Numbered from the stretch's first letter, positions 39,830 to 49,444 are shown. The stretch: 64,000 nucleotides of DNA from Alphaproteobacteria bacterium (GCA_964291395.2 OZ219856.1:2112001-2176000), one strand, 5' to 3'. The notes: a model not told the origin generated them from the letters alone. Made by a program: numbers and translations.

Positions 39830-40482
39830 CGCTGCCGGAGATCACCGATGCCCTGATCACCTGGACGCCTTATCTGGCAGGGGGTTTCGGCTGGAACATG
39901 ATCGTCTCGCTGGCCGCCATGGCGATCGGGACGGCGGTCGGCCTGCTGCTCACGGCGCTGCGGGCCCGCACCGTGCCGGTCGTCAAGCAGACCGGCAGCA
40001 CGCTCACGGTCGTCGCGCGCAGCGCGCCGACCTTCGTCATGTTGTTCTATCTCGCCTATGCCGTCCCCGGAACCTTCGAGGTTCTGGGCGTCGTCGTGAT
40101 CGTGCCGGCCTGGTTCAAGGCATCGCTCGCGCTGGCGATCGCGGTGGCGGGCTACGTGTCCGATACCGGACTTGCCGCGCTGCGGCATCTGAGGCGCGGC
40201 GAGACCGCCGAGGCGCTGTTGTTCCTTCCCTCCTGGACGAGCTATTTCCTGATCATCGTCATGGCCTCCGCCACGGCCTCGGTCATCGGCGTGCCCGAAC
40301 TCGTCCATCGGGCCGAGACCGTGATCGGCGCGGTCGGCCAGGCCGGGTTCTCCTTCTGGGTCTATCTCTACGCCATGGTCTGGTTCCTGGCCTTCGGCGC
40401 CCTGATCACCCTCTCGATGCGCGCCTTGCGTATCCGTCTGGCGGGGCGGGACCCCGGAAGCGACGTACCGGACAGCATTTAG
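39826..40482 (+). CDS. Polar amino acid ABC permease
   Basis: RSAPTFVMLF and ASVIGVPEL motifs; ATGA overlap. Confidence 0.85.
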   Translation: MTLPEITDALITWTPYLAGGFGWNMIVSLAAMAIGTAVGLLLTALRARTVPVVKQTGSTLTVVARSAPTFVMLFYLAYAVPGTFEVLGVVVIVPAWFKASLALAIAVAGYVSDTGLAALRHLRRGETAEALLFLPSWTSYFLIIVMASATASVIGVPELVHRAETVIGAVGQAGFSFWVYLYAMVWFLAFGALITLSMRALRIRLAGRDPGSDVPDSI

Positions 40483-40564
40483 GGGGCGCTGACCTACGAG
40501 GTCCTCCCGATTGGACCGCCGCCGATGGACAGACTTTCAACCCCGGCCAATCCGTGAGGACCGG

Positions 40565-40996
40565 TCATTCGAGTCTTCGCTTGGTCAGCGCCAGGCGATT
40601 GAAGTCACCCTCGCGCCGATAGCTCGCTTCATCCATCAACGTGCGTACGAGATACACGCCAAGCCCGCCCACGGGACGGTCCGGGATATCCGAGTCGGTA
40701 TCGGGCGCCGGCGCTTCCGTCAGGGGATCATACGGGCGAGCGTCGTCGATGATCTCGATGCCTATCTTGTCCGCATCCGAGGCCAGTTCGATTTTGATTT
40801 CGTGGCTGCCTTCCCGTTCATCCTGCCCGTACCCGTGGTTGACGACGTTGGCGACCACCTCCTCGATGACCAGCTTGATCTGATACTCAAGCCGGGAAGG
40901 CCAGCCCTCTTCCCGGGCGAACTGCTCGACCGCCGTGTATATCCGCGGAAGCTCGTCGAGCGCCGTCCTCATGCGCAATGACAATTCAGCGCTCAT
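40565..40996 (-). CDS. Anti-sigma factor/Ser kinase (RsbW-like HATPase_c)
   Basis: EEVVANVVNHGY, DDARPYDP and GGLGVYLV motifs. Confidence 0.9.
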   Translation of the reverse strand: MSAELSLRMRTALDELPRIYTAVEQFAREEGWPSRLEYQIKLVIEEVVANVVNHGYGQDEREGSHEIKIELASDADKIGIEIIDDARPYDPLTEAPAPDTDSDIPDRPVGGLGVYLVRTLMDEASYRREGDFNRLALTKRRLE

Positions 40997-41125
40997 CCTT
41001 CGGCCTCCCACGTTGCGACGTGCGGCGCGTCGTATGCCAACCTCCGGGGCCCCATCGGCAACACCCCCGCCGCCCTGTCATCCGGCAGGACAGGCGGGTT
41101 GCCGGGTGCGCCGGTCTCCACGGCA

Positions 41126-41464
41126 TCAGGCGTCGAAGGAAGTAAGCGCCTCGGCCCTGGACAGGTGGATTGGGATGAACTTGTCGAAACCGCTTACCTC
41201 GAAGACATCCCGGATCTGATCCGACATGGCGCAGAGCGCGAACCTGGCATCCCGGCCCATGAGGCTCTTGGCGATCAGGAGGACGGCGCGAAGGCCTGCG
41301 CTGCTGATGTAGGAAAGCTTCTCGAGATCCATCATCACGGCGCGGTCGCTCTCCTCGATCGCGGTTCTGACCGTCTCCTCGAACTGCATGACATTGGTGC
41401 CGTCGAGGCGTCCGCTCACCAGGACCGACAAGATGTCGTCCTGCCGTTCCATCGCAACATCCAT
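41126..41464 (-). CDS. STAS anti-anti-sigma factor
   Basis: GRLD, LSYISSAGLR and VFEVSGF motifs. Confidence 0.92.
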   Translation of the reverse strand: MDVAMERQDDILSVLVSGRLDGTNVMQFEETVRTAIEESDRAVMMDLEKLSYISSAGLRAVLLIAKSLMGRDARFALCAMSDQIRDVFEVSGFDKFIPIHLSRAEALTSFDA

Positions 41465-41644
41465 CGCTTAACCTCCCTCGAGTCCCGAGTGGAATGATCG
41501 CGCCGTCCGTCCTGGAACGGCAGCCATCCACTATGCCGCGTTGCCGCCTTCGTCCACATACCGGTACGGACGGGATGATCCGCCACGCGAAGGCGCTGGG
41601 ATTGATTATTTCCCCGCGTGCACCAAGGAGAGCCTGCCGGTTCG

Positions 41645-42023
41645 TCACAGGCGGTCTCGCCGATAGGCGCCTTGGCGTGGCGCCCGTGACTCGCTTGAAC
41701 CACGTGGTGAAGGAAGCCTGGGAGGAAAATCCGCACCGACAGGCAATCTCGGCAAGCGCTAGCCGCCCTTCGGCAATCAGAGACTTCGCCTCGTCGAGCC
41801 TGCGTTCCGTGAGGTAGCCGTGCGGTGTCGTTCCGGTCGCGGTCTTGAAGGCGCGGGCGAAATGGAAGGGGCTCAGGCAGGCTTCGTCCGCCAGCGCCTC
41901 GACGGTCAGGTTGCCGCCGAGATGGGTCTCGATGAATTCCTTCACTCGTCGGAGGCGCCGGGAGTCGAGCGCGCCGCGCGCAGCGGGCAGGGATACCGTT
42001 GCCGACGCCAGATTGGAATGATG
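41645..42023 (-). pseudogene. AraC-family HTH fragment (no N-terminus, 3' frameshift)
   Basis: LSPFHFARAFK and GFSSQASFTTWFKRVTGATP motifs; an extra base near 41672 shifts the TPGAYRR* tail. Confidence 0.8.
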
Positions 42024-42175
42024 TCGCAGTGTGCGGCGTCGCTTCGGGAAACCATGGCGACCGCGGCGGTGCAATCGGACACCTCGGTCGAATTCCCAGG
42101 GGTTGCATCGTGGGCCAGGGCCGGATGCCCCAGCGTCAGCAGGCAGGCAATGAGTGCCGGTTGAAGATGTCTCAT
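41942..42175 (-). pseudogene. 5' stub of an exported protein gene
   Basis: Signal-peptide-like MRHLQPALIACLLTLGHPALAHDA; runs into the AraC fragment out of frame. Confidence 0.4.
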
Positions 42176-42698
42176 TTGTTCGCCCCCTTTCCTCGGACGA
42201 CAGTGCGCCCCAGGTCCTGAAGCCGGGAAGTCGGGATGTCATCGAGAGGGTGACGAGATACATCGCCCGGCCGGCGCAGTGCTCGCCGTCCGGTGCCTCG
42301 CCCCGTTGCCTTGAGGGCGCGCTTTTCTTTCGGGGCTACCAAGTCGGCTCGGGACAGAAGATCCCAGACAGCATGACCGACCGCGGTGATGATTTCTCTA
42401 AGGCCTCTGCGTCTGTCCAACATCGGATTGCCCGGTGACCGAGGGCTCTTGTGAATCGATGTGGAGAGGGCGTGGTACGGCTGCCAATACCGTTTTGCTG
42501 CCGGTGGTACTGATCCAAATAACGGAATCTTATGGTGTTGGATGATGGGCACGGCGGTGATGGCGAACGCTTTGGACGCTGTGGGCCGTCCGGGTGTTGA
42601 CGGGGTGCGCGCCTTCGCCAGCGGCGTCGGCAATCCGCTTCATGGAGGCAGCGCCCATATCCGTATCGATCAGGCCAAGCACAGGTTCTGAGAGTTCT

Positions 42699-43772
42699 TC
42701 ACCGCCCACGGCCGCAACTCCAACACGCGGGGTGAATCAAGTGTGCTAAAGGCCGAGGAAGGCCGCGATGCGGGATTCTGGTCACGATGCGCTTGTGCAG
42801 CGCGGCACGGTCCGTGCCTGGCGGGTCGTCGCAGACGGGGTCGTCGCCCTCTGCGGCCAGGATCTCTGGGCCCCTCGGCTTGCAAGGCGGGAGTGCAGAG
42901 AAATGCGCCGCCGGGGCCATCGTCTCGATCTCGGCATCGGGGAGCAGAGCGGCGAACCCGCTTCCCGTCTCGCTGAAATCGGTCGCTCGCAGCCGCGTTT
43001 CGGCTGAGCCGAGGCCGATCAACAGCACCCGGTCCACCAGGTCGCGCGCATGGACCCGCTTGAGGCCGTAGGTCAGCGCCGGGTCGATTGCGGCGACGGC
43101 GAGGATGCGGCCGTCCTTGCGGTTGGCGTTCCAGTCCTCGGCGGAATAGGCTTCGAGATCCGCCCCCCGTGCCGCCAGATCGGCGCATTGCCAGGGCGAG
43201 GGAGGCGCGGTTTCGCAATAGGCGGCATAGCCCTCGAGATCGGCCCGCAGCCCCCCCAGGGCGAGCGCCGTCCAACCACCGGCGGAGAAGCCGACCGCAT
43301 AGATGCGGTAAAAGTCCGCGTGGGCGGCGATCTCCGGCCGGGCGGCGAGCCAGGCGAGCGCGGCCAGAAGGTCCTGCGCCCGCGTCCAGTGCTTCAAGCC
43401 CTCCTGTAGGTCGAAGTCCCGCCACGTGCTGTTCGGATGGTTGACGGAAACGACGAGCGCGCCCGCCTCGGCGAGACCCGCGGTCAGCCAGGCGAGCGCG
43501 CCGATATGGCCGCCGAGGCCGTGGCTCGCCAGAATCACGGGGAAGGGCCCGTCCGCCATCCGGGCGCCGTCGAGGACCTGGGTGCCGTGAAACACGCCGT
43601 TCTCGCCGAACGAGACCGTCTCGCCGCCGCCGGCGGAGGGATACCAGAGCGCGCCGGACATGTTTCGCCCGTGATGCGCTGCGGGAACGGTCATGCTGCG
43701 AAACCCCGCGGGGTCCGCCAGGGCGGTCTGGGCAGCCAACAGCAGGATCGCGGCTGCCAATAGATGTCTCAT
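42699..43772 (-). CDS. Exported alpha/beta hydrolase (dienelactone hydrolase-like)
   Basis: Signal peptide; SHGLGG, GFSAGG nucleophile elbow and AAHFS; extreme C-terminus may be altered. Confidence 0.85.
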   Translation of the reverse strand: MRHLLAAAILLLAAQTALADPAGFRSMTVPAAHHGRNMSGALWYPSAGGGETVSFGENGVFHGTQVLDGARMADGPFPVILASHGLGGHIGALAWLTAGLAEAGALVVSVNHPNSTWRDFDLQEGLKHWTRAQDLLAALAWLAARPEIAAHADFYRIYAVGFSAGGWTALALGGLRADLEGYAAYCETAPPSPWQCADLAARGADLEAYSAEDWNANRKDGRILAVAAIDPALTYGLKRVHARDLVDRVLLIGLGSAETRLRATDFSETGSGFAALLPDAEIETMAPAAHFSALPPCKPRGPEILAAEGDDPVCDDPPGTDRAALHKRIVTRIPHRGLPRPLAHLIHPACWSCGRGR

Positions 43773-43888
43773 CGTTTGTCTCCCGTGCCGGTCGGATCGA
43801 GCCGGATTATGCGAGTCGGAACGGGCAGGCGCGTCCTCGAACCGGTTTCAGGTCGTCCGCGATCCGGTTTTGGGTCACAAAGGGTGCC

Positions 43889-44899
43889 ATGATGCCGAGC
43901 CTGCCCCTGCCTCTCCTGTCCGCTCTCGTCCTGGCGTTCCTGCTGGCGGTCCTCCTGCTGCGCCGCGACCCGCCCGGTTTCTTCATCGCCCTCGTCGGTC
44001 TGTGCGCCGTGCAGGCGGTAATCATCGCTCTCGCGCAACATTACGGGATTGCCGCCTTCAGGGCAGTTCAGCCCGTAACGGCCGCGGCGATCCCGCCGCT
44101 CGCCTGGGCGGCCTTCCGCTTCAGCGCCGTCACACGGCCGCGCCTGCCGCACGATCTCACGCATATGGCCGGTCCCTTGCTGGCGCTCGTCGCCCTGCTG
44201 GCGATGCCGGCGTTGCTCGACCCGCTCATCCCAGCGCTCTTTCTTGGCTACGGCGGGGCGATCCTGCTGGCTGCATGGCGAGGCGCCGATGCCCTGCCGC
44301 GCCTGCCGTTCGAGGTTGGCGACACGCCCGGACTGGTCTGGAAGGTCATCGCGCTGTCGCTCATCGTGTCGGCGTTCGGGGACCTGCTGTTCGCGGCGGC
44401 GGCGCTCGGCGGCCGGGCGGACTGGCTGCCCTGGATCGTCGCCATATTGTCCTCGCTCACCCTGCTCGCGGTCGGCGGCCTTGTCCTGGTGCGGAGCCTC
44501 GCCCGGGGCGAGCGCGACCCGGCGCCGAGAGTTGCCGACATCCTCCACGACATGGAAGCGGACAAGGCGCTCATGGCCCGGCTCGACGCGCTGTTGGAAA
44601 GCCGGAGGCTCTATCTCGATCCGGAACTCACGCTAACGCGGCTGGCGCGCGTGCTCCATGTTCCGGTCAAGCGGCTCTCCGGCGCGATCAACCGGAGCAC
44701 AGGCGGCAATGTCTCCCGCCATGTCAACGGCTACAGGGTCCGCGAAGCCTGCCGAGCGCTCGAAGGAGGTGCGAGCGTGACGGACGCGATGCTGGCTTCC
44801 GGCTTCAACACAAAGAGCAATTTCAACCGGGAGTTCCACCGCGTGACCGGCCGGACGCCTTCGGCATGGCGCGATGCAGCGGTCGGGGAGAAGCGGTGA
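43889..44899 (+). CDS. Membrane-anchored AraC family regulator
   Basis: Several N-terminal TM helices; LYLDPELTL and SGFNTKSNFNREF motifs. Confidence 0.9.
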   Translation: MMPSLPLPLLSALVLAFLLAVLLLRRDPPGFFIALVGLCAVQAVIIALAQHYGIAAFRAVQPVTAAAIPPLAWAAFRFSAVTRPRLPHDLTHMAGPLLALVALLAMPALLDPLIPALFLGYGGAILLAAWRGADALPRLPFEVGDTPGLVWKVIALSLIVSAFGDLLFAAAALGGRADWLPWIVAILSSLTLLAVGGLVLVRSLARGERDPAPRVADILHDMEADKALMARLDALLESRRLYLDPELTLTRLARVLHVPVKRLSGAINRSTGGNVSRHVNGYRVREACRALEGGASVTDAMLASGFNTKSNFNREFHRVTGRTPSAWRDAAVGEKR

Positions 44900-45008
44900 C
44901 GGCGGCGCGGAGCCGGTCCAACGACCCGCAGGTTGGCCGCTCCCCGAGGCACAATCGTTCGGAAAAGCCGTAGAACAGGCATCGGCCCGGCAACCACCTC
45001 CTCCGACG

Positions 45009-45042
45009 CCGGGCTGCTCCCGGGCGTTCGGGAGCAGCCCGG
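45009..45042. terminator. Hairpin downstream of nirK
   Basis: 14-bp perfect stem ccgggctgctcccg between convergent genes; no clear U-tract. Confidence 0.55.
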
Positions 45043-45055
45043 ATATCGGGGCGGC

Positions 45056-46177
45056 TTACGCCGGTATCGGCGATGGGGCCTGGACCTGGGTCATCAGATC
45101 GTCGTCCCAATCCCCTTCCACGACGACGTGAGCCAGCGCTCCCAGCTCGACGGCCTCGATCAGATTGTGGGACAGATACGCGTACACGCCCGGCTGCCGG
45201 AACGTGTACAGCGCCGCGCCGGCGGAACCGCCGCGGATAAACCAGGTTTCAAGACCTTCCGCCGGAGGATCGGCGAACGAGCCCTGTTCCCAAACGTAGT
45301 CTCCATGTCCGCCGATGAGGTGCGGCCTGGAGTCCCGGTTGGCCTGGGAGTGGATGAACAACACGGACTCGCCAACCTTGGCCGTCATCGCGCCGTCACC
45401 GGTGAGCGCCCCGACCTTGCCGTTCAGCACCACGTGCGACGGAGTGAGCGTGCGCATCACGTCGAAGACGTCGACCATCGCCTCGGTGTGCGTCTCGTAC
45501 GATTTGAATTCGCCCTCGGCGTCCCGGGGAACGTAGAAATCCTGCTCGCCGATATAGTAGGCCTTGTCATAGCGGACAGCATTGCCATGGCGGTCCTTGA
45601 GCCCATCCCTGGGCAACACCATGACCGCTCCGCTCATGCCGGACACGACATGAAAGGGGATCATCGATCCCCCCGGCGCACAGTGATAGATGAAGGTGCC
45701 CGTCTTGACGGCCTTCCAGCGGAGCATGACCTGTTCACCCGGCTGGACAAGCGTGAGGCCGCCACCGCCGAGGGCACCCGTCGACGCGTGGAAGTCGATA
45801 TTGTGCTCCAGTTCGTTTCCCGCCGGGTTCTTCAGGGTGAGCTCGATGTAGTCGCCCTCGTGGCAGACCATCAACGGCCCCGGGATCGAACCATTGAACG
45901 ACAGCGCGTTGACCATGGTTCCGTTGTCGTCGATCTCCCTGTTGTCCTCATGGACGGTGAGCTCCACCTCGATGATCTTGGGGCCGTCCATGGAGGTCTG
46001 CTCGTGGGCCGGCGCGAAAGGCGGGGCGACGAGCTCCTGCCTGACCCGCGGCAGGCCGCTGAGGTCTGCCTTGGCCGCGGCATCGCTCTTCGCGGCCACC
46101 AACATGGGGCTCATGGCGGACACCGCGCCCAGCGTGCCGCCGGCCTTCAGAACCTGACGCCTGTTCAGCTGTAGCAT
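45056..46177 (-). CDS. nirK: Copper-containing nitrite reductase
   Basis: Tat signal NRRQVLK; HNIDFHA, YHCAP...[14 protein letters not shown] and HNLIEA motifs. Confidence 0.96.
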   Translation of the reverse strand: MLQLNRRQVLKAGGTLGAVSAMSPMLVAAKSDAAAKADLSGLPRVRQELVAPPFAPAHEQTSMDGPKIIEVELTVHEDNREIDDNGTMVNALSFNGSIPGPLMVCHEGDYIELTLKNPAGNELEHNIDFHASTGALGGGGLTLVQPGEQVMLRWKAVKTGTFIYHCAPGGSMIPFHVVSGMSGAVMVLPRDGLKDRHGNAVRYDKAYYIGEQDFYVPRDAEGEFKSYETHTEAMVDVFDVMRTLTPSHVVLNGKVGALTGDGAMTAKVGESVLFIHSQANRDSRPHLIGGHGDYVWEQGSFADPPAEGLETWFIRGGSAGAALYTFRQPGVYAYLSHNLIEAVELGALAHVVVEGDWDDDLMTQVQAPSPIPA

Positions 46178-46307
46178 GGGTCATACCTCCTGTCTGCTGT
46201 TGTCTCGTGGCTTGGGTTCGATGCACCCGGACGCGGGTCGCCTCTACAGCCGGTGCGTTCGACGGCCCGCGCAGACGGGGTGTCGGAAGAAATATTCTGA
46301 ATGAAGG

Positions 46308-46321
46308 TTGCAGAGGGTCAA
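46308..46321. promoter_or_regulatory. CRP/FNR-family (NnrR/Dnr-like) box TTG-N8-CAA
   Basis: TTGCAGAGGGTCAA about 130 bp upstream of nirK. Confidence 0.6.
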
Positions 46322-46418
46322 GCAGGAACCGCACCCCCGGCAGGCCCGCTCCAGGTGGGAGAGGACGAAACCGGACCCAAATGATGAGAGCGGTGGAGAA
46401 CTCCCGGAACCTGCCCTC

Positions 46419-46475
46419 GCGCATCCACATCTGAGCGGCAAGCACCACCCAAGGTTTTGTTATGCAGATCAGAAG
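46419..46475 (+). repeat. 57-bp dispersed direct repeat, copy B
   Basis: Matches 36310..36366. Confidence 0.9.
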
Positions 46476-46481
46476 GTATCG

Positions 46482-47186
46482 TCAGTCTCCGGAGCCGGAA
46501 ACGGCCAGCTCGCCGCAGCCTGCCGGGTGGAGGACGATATCGCCATACCAGGCCCGGGCTCTGAGCCCGCTGTTGTCGGAATCGGTCATGATCGCGACCC
46601 CCTCGAGCCGGTCCACCTCCCGCCCGAACAGGCGAAGGAAATCGGCCTGCACGTTCCTCCTGTGCGTCCGCCACGTCCCCGCGTCCCGGTTGCCGGAATC
46701 GAGCGCCAGCATCATCACCCGCGGGGTGAAGGGGTTGGGCCAGGAGTCGCCTGCCGCCGCCTGCCCGGCCCAGACATAGCTGATCGCAATCGGCGATCCC
46801 ATCAATCCCCGGCCGGGCGCAACCACGTAGAGGCGGGCCGCAAAGTCATCCCCGCCCCTGCTTCGCTCGTCCGCCACCGCCGGGGTCCCCGCGATACGCC
46901 AGCTCCACTCCAGCACGGGCCTTGCCGCGAGATCGATCTCCCGTTCGAGGTAGAGGCTCGAGGCGGAAGAGACGCTGTCGCCCTCGAGTACCAGCCGCCC
47001 GTCCAACTCCATGATCCGGTAGCTGGTCTCGCCCTCGAAGGCACGCGTCTGCCAGCCTTCGGTGATGCCGGCCGAGAACCGGCCCAGCGCCAGCGGTTCA
47101 GCCCGAGCCAGTGGTTCAGCCCGAGCAAGCGGCACGGCAAGGAGGATCGCCATCGACGCGGACAGGCAGCGTTTCACCCAACCCAT
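46482..47186 (-). CDS. DUF3047 family exported protein
   Basis: LEWSWR, DDFAARLYVV, ISYVW and VAIMTDSDN motifs; signal peptide. Confidence 0.88.
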   Translation of the reverse strand: MGWVKRCLSASMAILLAVPLARAEPLARAEPLALGRFSAGITEGWQTRAFEGETSYRIMELDGRLVLEGDSVSSASSLYLEREIDLAARPVLEWSWRIAGTPAVADERSRGGDDFAARLYVVAPGRGLMGSPIAISYVWAGQAAAGDSWPNPFTPRVMMLALDSGNRDAGTWRTHRRNVQADFLRLFGREVDRLEGVAIMTDSDNSGLRARAWYGDIVLHPAGCGELAVSGSGD

Positions 47187-47209
47187 GCGGGCTGCCTCGC
47201 CGTCCGGCT

Positions 47210-47407
47210 TCAGGCGGCGACGGGCTCGACGCACCGCGGACCGTCGGCGGCGGGCTTGTTGACCAGGGTGCTCACGGGATGGGCGGTCATCGCGTCCGCC
47301 GGTACGGGCCGAGCGGCACACGCCGCGACGTCCAACATGTACGGGACCGCCGGATGCTCGTTGCCTTCGTCGTCCGACTTGCCCGGCCAATCGAAAATGG
47401 AGTCCAC
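47210..47407 (-). pseudogene. cas3: 5' stub of type I-E cas3 (HD domain N-terminus)
   Basis: GGAGG RBS and GTG start; DWPGKS...HPAVPYMLDVAACA resembles the Cas3 W-x-K...H-x-L-x-x-H-x-x-D-V-A motif, with the conserved His changed; similarity stops after about 30 aa. Confidence 0.6.
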
Positions 47408-47437
47408 CCTGCCCTCCCCGTTCGGTGACCGCTGCCC

Positions 47438-47500
47438 GGCGCATGATACCGCCTTATGTGACTTGGGACGCGGCCCCGACGGATACGCCCGCCACCTCTC
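47438..47500. repeat. 63-bp dispersed repeat, copy B
   Basis: Matches 30389..30451 in the same orientation. Confidence 0.9.
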
Positions 47501-47614
47501 CTCGTTCATATTCATAGGTAGAGGATCGGCTCCTTGCGGGCATAATAGATACCCTCGGCGTGCTAGACTGGCATCCGGATATCCTAGTTCCAGGCGACGC
47601 CACGCGAGCCGACC

Positions 47615-48388
47615 ATGACGACGATCACGCCGATCCGGAAGGCGCCAGACCGGCCGGATGAACTCAGCGAACGGGACGTGCGGGTCGACCTCGCCGCGTG
47701 TTACCGCCTGATCGCCCACTTCGGCATGGACGATCTGGTCTATTCCCATATCACGGCGCGCGTGCCGGGCGCCCGGAACCTGTATCTCCTGAACCCGTAC
47801 GGATTGATGTATTCCGAGATCACGGCCTCGAGCCTGGTCAAAGTCGATGACGACGGCAATCCAGCCGAGCCGACGGACCATCCGGTCAACCGGCCGGGCT
47901 TCGTCGTCATCCACGGTGCCGTGCATCGGGCCCGTCCCGACGTCGCCTGCGTGCTGCACTGTCACTCGCACGCCGCGACCGCCGTGTCGTGCCTCGAGGA
48001 AGGCCTCCTGCCCCTCACGCAGGGAGCGCTTCAGTTCTACGACCGGGTCGCCTACCACACGTACGAGAGCATGGCCTTCGACGACGACCAGAGCGCCCGG
48101 CTGGTCGCGGATCTCGGCGACAAACAGGTGATGCTGATGCGCAACCACGGTCAGCTGACGGCAGGCAGGACCGTGGCCGAGGCGTTTTCGCTGGCCTATT
48201 TCCTCGAGGAGGCCTGCCGCCTCCAGCTCGAGATCATGCAATCCGGCGGGCAGATGATCCTGATGTCGGATGAGGTCGGAAAGCGGGTCGCCGAGCAATA
48301 CGAGAAACAGGTCGTGCCGGCGGAAGAACGGGAATGGCCCGCCCTCCTCCGCCTGCTCGACCGTATCGATCCGAGCTTCCGGGACTGA
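47615..48388 (+). CDS. Class II aldolase/adducin family protein
   Basis: DLAACYRL, HITARVP, LHCHS and LMRNHG motifs. Confidence 0.92.
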   Translation: MTTITPIRKAPDRPDELSERDVRVDLAACYRLIAHFGMDDLVYSHITARVPGARNLYLLNPYGLMYSEITASSLVKVDDDGNPAEPTDHPVNRPGFVVIHGAVHRARPDVACVLHCHSHAATAVSCLEEGLLPLTQGALQFYDRVAYHTYESMAFDDDQSARLVADLGDKQVMLMRNHGQLTAGRTVAEAFSLAYFLEEACRLQLEIMQSGGQMILMSDEVGKRVAEQYEKQVVPAEEREWPALLRLLDRIDPSFRD

Positions 48389-48591
48389 GGGGCGCAACCC
48401 GGATTTTTCACGAACAGGGGGCACATCGAAGCTCCGCTGCCGGAGCGTTTGCGGGCGCGGCGTGCAGACGGCGCGCCGTCAGCCACCGTGCCCAGGCGGC
48501 ATACTCCGGCGTGAAATCAACTCCGCGATGATGCGGCGCAGACGGTCCACCGGCATTTCCCGGTGCCGCACGCCCGCCTCGCGGCTGACCG

Positions 48592-49404
48592 CTAGGCACC
48601 ACGTACGGGCGCCAGGTGAAACCAGCCGGAATAAGCCATATAGGTTCCGATGAGCAGGATCAGCGCACCGGACACGTAGGGGGTTGACGCAAGGAACCGG
48701 CCTGCTCCCGAAAATCGCTTCGATGCGTAGCGGAGTCCGAGGACCGCAGTCATGCCGACCGCGACCAGCGTGACCGCAAGGCCGATCGAGAACGACGCGA
48801 CCATGCCGACGCCGAGCCAGAACTGCCCGATCCCGAGACAGAGCAGCAGCACGGTGATCGCGGCCGGGCACGGAATCAGCCCGCCGACCAGCCCGAAACC
48901 GACGGTCTGCAGACTGGTTGCCTTGCCGTCGGCGAATCGGGTCTCGATCTCGCGGGCATGCGCGCGGGCGTGAGCGTCGTCGTCATGATCATGATGCCGG
49001 TAGCCGTGGTGATCGTGGTGACGATGGTGGCCGTGACGGTGTCCGCCGCGCGCGCGGGCACCGGCACGGCCGTAGGCCCGCCAGAGCATGTAAAGGCCGA
49101 CGACCATGACGATCGCGCCGGAGCCCGCGATGAAATACGGCTCCAGCTTCTCGCCGATCAGCTCGTCCCCGTAGGTCAGAGCCAGCACCGCCAGCACCCA
49201 GACGATGATGCTGTGCGAGAACGCGGCGGAGACGCCGAGCAGGAGCGCCTGCAGCGGCGTTCCGCGGACCGCGACGATGAATGCGCCCATCATGGTCTTG
49301 GAGTGACCCGGCTCGAGGCCGTGAAGCGATCCCAACACCAGGCCGATGGCGGCCAGATACAGGAACGATGTCGAACCTTCCTGGATCAGGGAAATGAGAT
49401 CGAT
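48592..49404 (-). CDS. rcnA: Nickel/cobalt efflux transporter RcnA-like (start uncertain: ATC at 49404 or GTG at 49338)
   Basis: LHGLEPGHSKT, His-rich loop and GGLIPCPAAITVLL motifs. Confidence 0.88.
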   Translation of the reverse strand: MDLISLIQEGSTSFLYLAAIGLVLGSLHGLEPGHSKTMMGAFIVAVRGTPLQALLLGVSAAFSHSIIVWVLAVLALTYGDELIGEKLEPYFIAGSGAIVMVVGLYMLWRAYGRAGARARGGHRHGHHRHHDHHGYRHHDHDDDAHARAHAREIETRFADGKATSLQTVGFGLVGGLIPCPAAITVLLLCLGIGQFWLGVGMVASFSIGLAVTLVAVGMTAVLGLRYASKRFSGAGRFLASTPYVSGALILLIGTYMAYSGWFHLAPVRGA

Positions 49405-49444
49405 GGGGCCGGCTCCCTGGCTTCAGAGATACTTGGTGGAGCGC

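Noticed and set aside
38182-40482. Apparent 766-aa ORF, and likewise 6322..7374, 27164..28849 and 40986..42263
   Set aside because: Out-of-frame GC-rich extensions over neighbouring genes; only part of each is real coding sequence.
47095-47130. 18-bp tandem duplication (PLARAE twice) in DUF3047
   Set aside because: In-frame slippage near the signal-peptide cleavage site; likely neutral.
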